A stretch of 52,068 nucleotides of DNA from Armatimonadia bacterium (GTDB taxonomy: Bacteria > Armatimonadota > Zipacnadia > Zipacnadales > UBA11051): positions 1 to 52,068 of the forward strand of contig JBDKRC010000208.1 in the NCBI GenBank assembly GCA_039683575.1. Reading direction: 5' to 3'. Below the pieces are notes generated by a model that ran no database searches, was not told the origin of the DNA, and was given only the letters and a program-made list of their open reading frames with translations. Shown here one piece after another: positions 46,512 to 52,068 of this stretch (positions are counted from its first letter, which is position 1; the number at the start of each line of letters is the position of its first letter). Made by a program: the position numbers and the translations under genes.

Positions 46512-46546
46512 CAGTCTTCTTCTGTATAAGTATTCTGTATACAGAA
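46508..46546 (+). promoter_or_regulatory. vapBC promoter and autoregulatory palindrome
   Basis: TTGACA (46508-513), 17 nt, TATTCT (46531-536). Perfect palindrome TTCTGTATACAGAA (46533-546) and extra half-site TTCTGTATA (46520-528). Confidence 0.75.
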
Positions 46547-46556
46547 GGTGTTTCCG

Positions 46557-46823
46557 ATGGCAAAGACGCGTATCAATGTTTGCGTATCAGAGGACAGGTG
46601 GCAGAAGATCAGGGAGTTCGCTGCCAAGCATCGAATGTCCGCGAGCGCCGTGGTTGATGAGGCCCTCGAGCGGGTACTGCGGGACGACGAGCAGTGCGGC
46701 CCGGATCGTCTGGCCGCGTTCGCGGAGATCATGGCTACTGACTTCGGCCAGGTCGGCACGCCGGAGGAGTTGGCCGCTGAGCTAGAGGGTGCTCATGCGC
46801 CATGTCTGGAGCCCGGCCAATGA
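46557..46823 (+). CDS. Putative ribbon-helix-helix antitoxin (VapB-like)
   Basis: 'KTRINVCVSEDRWQKIREFAAKHRMSASAVVDEALERVL' RHH pattern; ATGA overlap with the PIN toxin. Confidence 0.78.
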   Translation: MAKTRINVCVSEDRWQKIREFAAKHRMSASAVVDEALERVLRDDEQCGPDRLAAFAEIMATDFGQVGTPEELAAELEGAHAPCLEPGQ

Positions 46824-47254
46824 CTCCCGTCCACTTTCTGGACGCAAACATCGTAATATACGCCACCGGGACGAGTCCCACGTATCAGCAACCATGCGAA
46901 CGCATTTTGCGGGCCGTGCGTGACGGGGAATTGCTGGCGGTGACAAGCGTCGAGGTATTGCAGGAGATCATGCACTTCTCGCTCGGGCGTGGGCGTGTCG
47001 AGGCTGGGGCGAGGATCGTGCGCAATCTCCCGAAGATGGTTACGGACGTCCTGCCTGTAGACAGCAAAGACATTCTGGAGATGGTGGCGATCCTCCAGGC
47101 AGTGCCGGGCTTGTCCACTCGCGACGCAGTCCATGCGGCGGTGATGAAGCGCCACAACCTGGACAGAATCATCACGGCCGATCGCCACTTCGCCTCGATC
47201 CCCGATATTGTTGCCCTGGATCCACGCGACGTTGCAGCGAGCCTCGGGGCCTAG
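46820..47254 (+). CDS. vapC: PIN-domain toxin (VapC)
   Basis: FLDANIVIY, TSVEVLQEI, RDAVHAA, ITADRHF acidic PIN motifs. Confidence 0.92.
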   Translation: MTPVHFLDANIVIYATGTSPTYQQPCERILRAVRDGELLAVTSVEVLQEIMHFSLGRGRVEAGARIVRNLPKMVTDVLPVDSKDILEMVAILQAVPGLSTRDAVHAAVMKRHNLDRIITADRHFASIPDIVALDPRDVAASLGA

Positions 47255-47592
47255 ACCAGCTTCGGCTCCGCGCGGCCGGTGAAGGGAAACGCCGTCTCGC
47301 TGAACAGCGAGAGCTTCACCACAAACGCCCACGTCTCGCCGCCATACTCCACCCACAGCGTCATCGCGGGAGCGCCCTGGCTGAGGGCGGATAGCAGCCG
47401 CTTCTCGACGTAGTCCAACTCATCCGCGGACGCGGGGCGGAACTCGCCCTCGAACAGGTTGCGCTGCACGCGCAGCCGGTCTGTCTCGCGGGTGAAGGTA
47501 ACGTCCGCTCGCCCCGCCGCAAGTTGCTCCCCGGTGTTGAAATCAAACAGCGTTGCCTCGACATCCCGCAGTTCGACAGGAAGGTCTGCCAT
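47251..47592 (-). CDS. Hypothetical protein
   Basis: 113-aa ORF with GC-biased codons and AAGGGG RBS, 10 nt downstream of the uxuA-like gene. Confidence 0.65.
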   Translation of the reverse strand: MADLPVELRDVEATLFDFNTGEQLAAGRADVTFTRETDRLRVQRNLFEGEFRPASADELDYVEKRLLSALSQGAPAMTLWVEYGGETWAFVVKLSLFSETAFPFTGRAEPKLV

Positions 47593-47602
47593 GGTGATCC
47601 CC

Positions 47603-48598
47603 TTATGAAGGCTGGCGCAGGCCCCGAGGCTTCGCCCCGACAGCCTGCATCAGCGCTTTGATGTAGCCATGTGCATAGGCCCGGGAGGCCAGCCCCAGCG
47701 GCGCATCTCCCGTCAGCTTCGGCCAGTGGTCCGGCATCATTGCATACTGGTAGCCGAATTCATGGTACAGCCTCATGGCTGCCACCATGTCTGTATCGCC
47801 ATCGTCTATGAAGGTCTCATCGAACCTGGGGCACGAGCCGCAGACGTCGCGGAAGTGCACATGGAAGATGCGGTCGCGCTCCAGAAAATAGCGCACGATC
47901 TCCAGCACGTCCGCCCCCGCCTGCTCTGCGACCGTCCCCTGGCACAGGTTCAGGCCGTTTGCGGGGCTATCTACTAACTCGATCAGTTGCTTCATCCCGG
48001 CGAAGTCGCTGATGATCCGCGCCTCACCCTTAAGGTACGGCGTCTGTGGCGGGTCCTGGATGTGAAACGCCAGCTTCACCCCGGCCTGCTCGGCGGCCGG
48101 CACGATCCGGACCAGGAAGTACTCCAGCCGCTCCCACATCTCGTCCGCGTCCACGGCGTAGCCCGGCTCGGGCGGCACAGCCTTGATCTTGTCAAAGTCA
48201 TACCGGCGGACGCCAGCCTCTCCCCTACCCCATGGGCCAGAGTCGCTACCCCACACATCAATGATGCTCCAGGTCCACTCCACCACACGGATACCGCATT
48301 CGCCGCAGATCTCGATGGTGCGGCACACGTCCTCGATCTCGCGGTCACGCTCCGGGCGGCCGAAGCGGGCGTTCCAGTACTGCGTCTCGGGCCCCTGCGG
48401 CAGCAGAAACACGCCCAGGCTCAGGTCATGTGCATATAGACGATCCTGCAGGGCGCGCAGGTCGTCCTTCGGCACGATGCCACAGCCCTTCGGGGGCATG
48501 AGGCGAACTCCGGTGAGCTTCACCGTCTCAACGCCAAGCTGCTGGAGAAACTGGAGGAAGTCGTCTGAGAGGTCATGCAGATCGTCGCAAAGCTTCAT
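47603..48598 (-). CDS. uxuA: Mannonate dehydratase (UxuA-like)
   Basis: QQLGV, 'MWERLEYFL.RIVP.AE.AGVKLA.H..DPP', SPANGL.LC.G, HVHFRDV, ETF.DDGD.DM, MPDH.P. Confidence 0.82.
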   Translation of the reverse strand: MKLCDDLHDLSDDFLQFLQQLGVETVKLTGVRLMPPKGCGIVPKDDLRALQDRLYAHDLSLGVFLLPQGPETQYWNARFGRPERDREIEDVCRTIEICGECGIRVVEWTWSIIDVWGSDSGPWGRGEAGVRRYDFDKIKAVPPEPGYAVDADEMWERLEYFLVRIVPAAEQAGVKLAFHIQDPPQTPYLKGEARIISDFAGMKQLIELVDSPANGLNLCQGTVAEQAGADVLEIVRYFLERDRIFHVHFRDVCGSCPRFDETFIDDGDTDMVAAMRLYHEFGYQYAMMPDHWPKLTGDAPLGLASRAYAHGYIKALMQAVGAKPRGLRQPS

Positions 48599-48636
48599 GG
48601 CACGGCTCCTGGTTGCCGAGGCTACCGGTCAGCAGT

Positions 48637-48671
48637 AACAAAACAGCCACCATACTTTGATGGTGGCTGTT
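48637..48671 (-). terminator. Intrinsic terminator after the ssb-like gene
   Basis: aacagccaccat/atggtggctgtt 12-bp stem, U-tract on the minus strand. Confidence 0.75.
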
Positions 48672-48695
48672 CGAATTCCTGCCTGTCGGCTCAGA

Positions 48696-49142
48696 TTACT
48701 CGCAGGACGAGCCGCCGCCCTCTTCGAGGGCAGTCTGCACGAGACCGATCGCCGTCTGCAGCATGCCGGCTGTCCAGCAGTCGCGCTTGAGCTCCTCGAG
48801 GTCTACATCGTCGGTCAAGAGAGGGCTCTCCAGCGGCTGGATGTACTTGGCCTTGACGATGGTGAGATGCTCGCGCCCGCCGCGGGTGCTGTAGCTTTCC
48901 TTGTTGAGGGTACCGATCACGAGCATGCGGGTCCCCTCGCGGATGTTGTCCACCGCCCAACGTCCGAGATCTTCCCAAACGTCTACCAGGAACAGGTCAG
49001 AGACCGGCTCGCCGGTAGCCCGGTTGAAGGGTCTGTCCACTTCGAAGCTGAACTCAGCCTTCACCTGCCCGGACGACTTCTGCCGCAGAGTTGCATCCCT
49101 GGTCGCAAATCCCGACAGCAGCACCAGATTGAGATCTGCCAA
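48696..49142 (-). CDS. Single-stranded DNA-binding protein-like (OB fold), atypical C-terminus
   Basis: TTG start after GGAGG. 'ADLNLVLLSGFATRD..LR', 'FS.EVDR', 'D.F.VDVW', 'G.R.LV.G.L..ESY...GG' match the SSB OB fold. Confidence 0.78.
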   Translation of the reverse strand: MADLNLVLLSGFATRDATLRQKSSGQVKAEFSFEVDRPFNRATGEPVSDLFLVDVWEDLGRWAVDNIREGTRMLVIGTLNKESYSTRGGREHLTIVKAKYIQPLESPLLTDDVDLEELKRDCWTAGMLQTAIGLVQTALEEGGGSSCE

Positions 49143-49261
49143 AACGCCCACCTCCCACGGGGGACTTTTTCCTCTTCAGCCAGTCAGCCTCGCCCAATCA
49201 AGCACCGCGACGCAGACCCAGAAGGGGTTTTAACCTCTTTATGATAGCAGGTTGAGAAACG

Positions 49262-49289
49262 ATTATAGCAGAGGCTTTTGACATGTCAA
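49262..49289 (-). promoter_or_regulatory. Consensus sigma70 promoter for the ssb-like gene; the -35 is part of a palindrome
   Basis: Minus-strand TTGACA (49289-284), 16 nt, TATAAT (49267-262). Palindrome TTGACATGTCAA at 49278-49289. Confidence 0.72.
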
Positions 49290-49337
49290 CCAGCGAAAGA
49301 GCACCAGAATTGCTGACTACAGGGCTCTGACAATAGT

Positions 49338-49571
49338 TCACACAGGTTCCCCCGGCGCCGTCCCGGCTGCCGTCTCTGGCGCTGGCTCATGGGCTTTGCG
49401 GCCATGGACACGCTCGTACGCCTGACAGTAAGGACAGAAGCGGTCCTCGATATTCCTGACGAACCAGAAGGCGAATCCTCGCTGCGTCCGCCGGGCCCGA
49501 TCGCATACTTTGCACTGCCCGCACTTCTCCGCCATCGAGCGGTCTCGTTCGCTAATGCTGCCACTGGCCAT
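49338..49571 (-). CDS. Small Cys-rich (putative metal-binding) hypothetical protein
   Basis: 77 aa with CxxCxxC and CPxC; GGAGGAG RBS before ATG 49571. Confidence 0.7.
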   Translation of the reverse strand: MASGSISERDRSMAEKCGQCKVCDRARRTQRGFAFWFVRNIEDRFCPYCQAYERVHGRKAHEPAPETAAGTAPGEPV

Positions 49572-49696
49572 GCTCTCTCCTCCCTTCTCAAGCTGATGGT
49601 AGGCACACATTTGCCCCTCTGCAGGCGTCATTCCTCCCGGCCGGCGGAGGGACAATGCCCTCAGGTCGAGAATTTACCTCAATCGCAGGCCAGTGA

Positions 49697-51736
<2,040 letters not shown>

Positions 51737-51753
51737 TCAGGGGGAGAACCATT

Positions 51754-52068
51754 ATGCAACGGCAGCGAATTGTGCCGGCGATCTTGACGGCAAGTCTCAT
51801 CTGTCTGGTTGTTGGGTGTCGAGCGCGTCCCAGTGCCTCATATGAGAGGTTCCTGCCCAAGCTGGACCCAGTTCTCGCGCTGCCGCAGTACCCGAAGCCT
51901 TCACCTAACGGCTACGAGGTGCTGCTGCAGTTCGCTGCGAAGATCAGCGAGAAGCATAGAACTTATTCGGCCTCTCTCGCAGAGTCGCAGGCCGCCTTGC
52001 CGACTGAGGTGGAGGCTAATCTGAAGGCCCTGTCAGAACTCCGGCGCGCACGGCAGATGGAGTGGCTA
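51754..52068 (+). CDS. Putative lipoprotein (partial, runs off the window)
   Basis: GGGGGAG RBS; MQRQRIVPAILTASLICLVVGC has a lipobox-like VVG-C; frame stays open to the window end. Confidence 0.6.
   Translation, partial: MQRQRIVPAILTASLICLVVGCRARPSASYERFLPKLDPVLALPQYPKPSPNGYEVLLQFAAKISEKHRTYSASLAESQAALPTEVEANLKALSELRRARQMEWL

Overview
GC-rich bacterial chromosomal window. Its gene content suggests Armatimonadota or a similar lineage (inference from a DUF1559 prepilin-like gene, a DUF6785-type membrane protein and a SpoIVB-S55/beta-propeller protein). It mixes housekeeping genes (trpA, xfp, prs, ribB, ligA, an ssb-like gene, a tmk-like pair) with many carbohydrate-active or secreted proteins and a vapBC module. 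I saw no CRISPR array, transposase, integrase, rRNA or tRNA. Top candidates for new biology: (1) a ~325-nt, ~50% GC, heavily structured RNA at 34.53-34.86 kb. It has its own sigma70-type promoter, a loop-E motif and a terminator/antiterminator pair, and lies directly in front of an orphan sigma factor gene and prs. (2) A BlaI repressor - ECF sigma - (zinc anti-sigma fused to a second BlaI-like domain) - BlaR/M56 protease operon at 14.5-17.3 kb, which appears to wire a BlaR/BlaI proteolytic switch onto ECF sigma release. Also seen: a clear NiCo (czcD) riboswitch before a CDF transporter, a 6S-RNA-like hairpin at 17.42-17.60 kb, a miniature attenuator before a DMT-ribB pair and a frameshifted remnant of a second DUF1559 gene. 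All calls come from motif recognition and base-pairing by eye; no searches were run.
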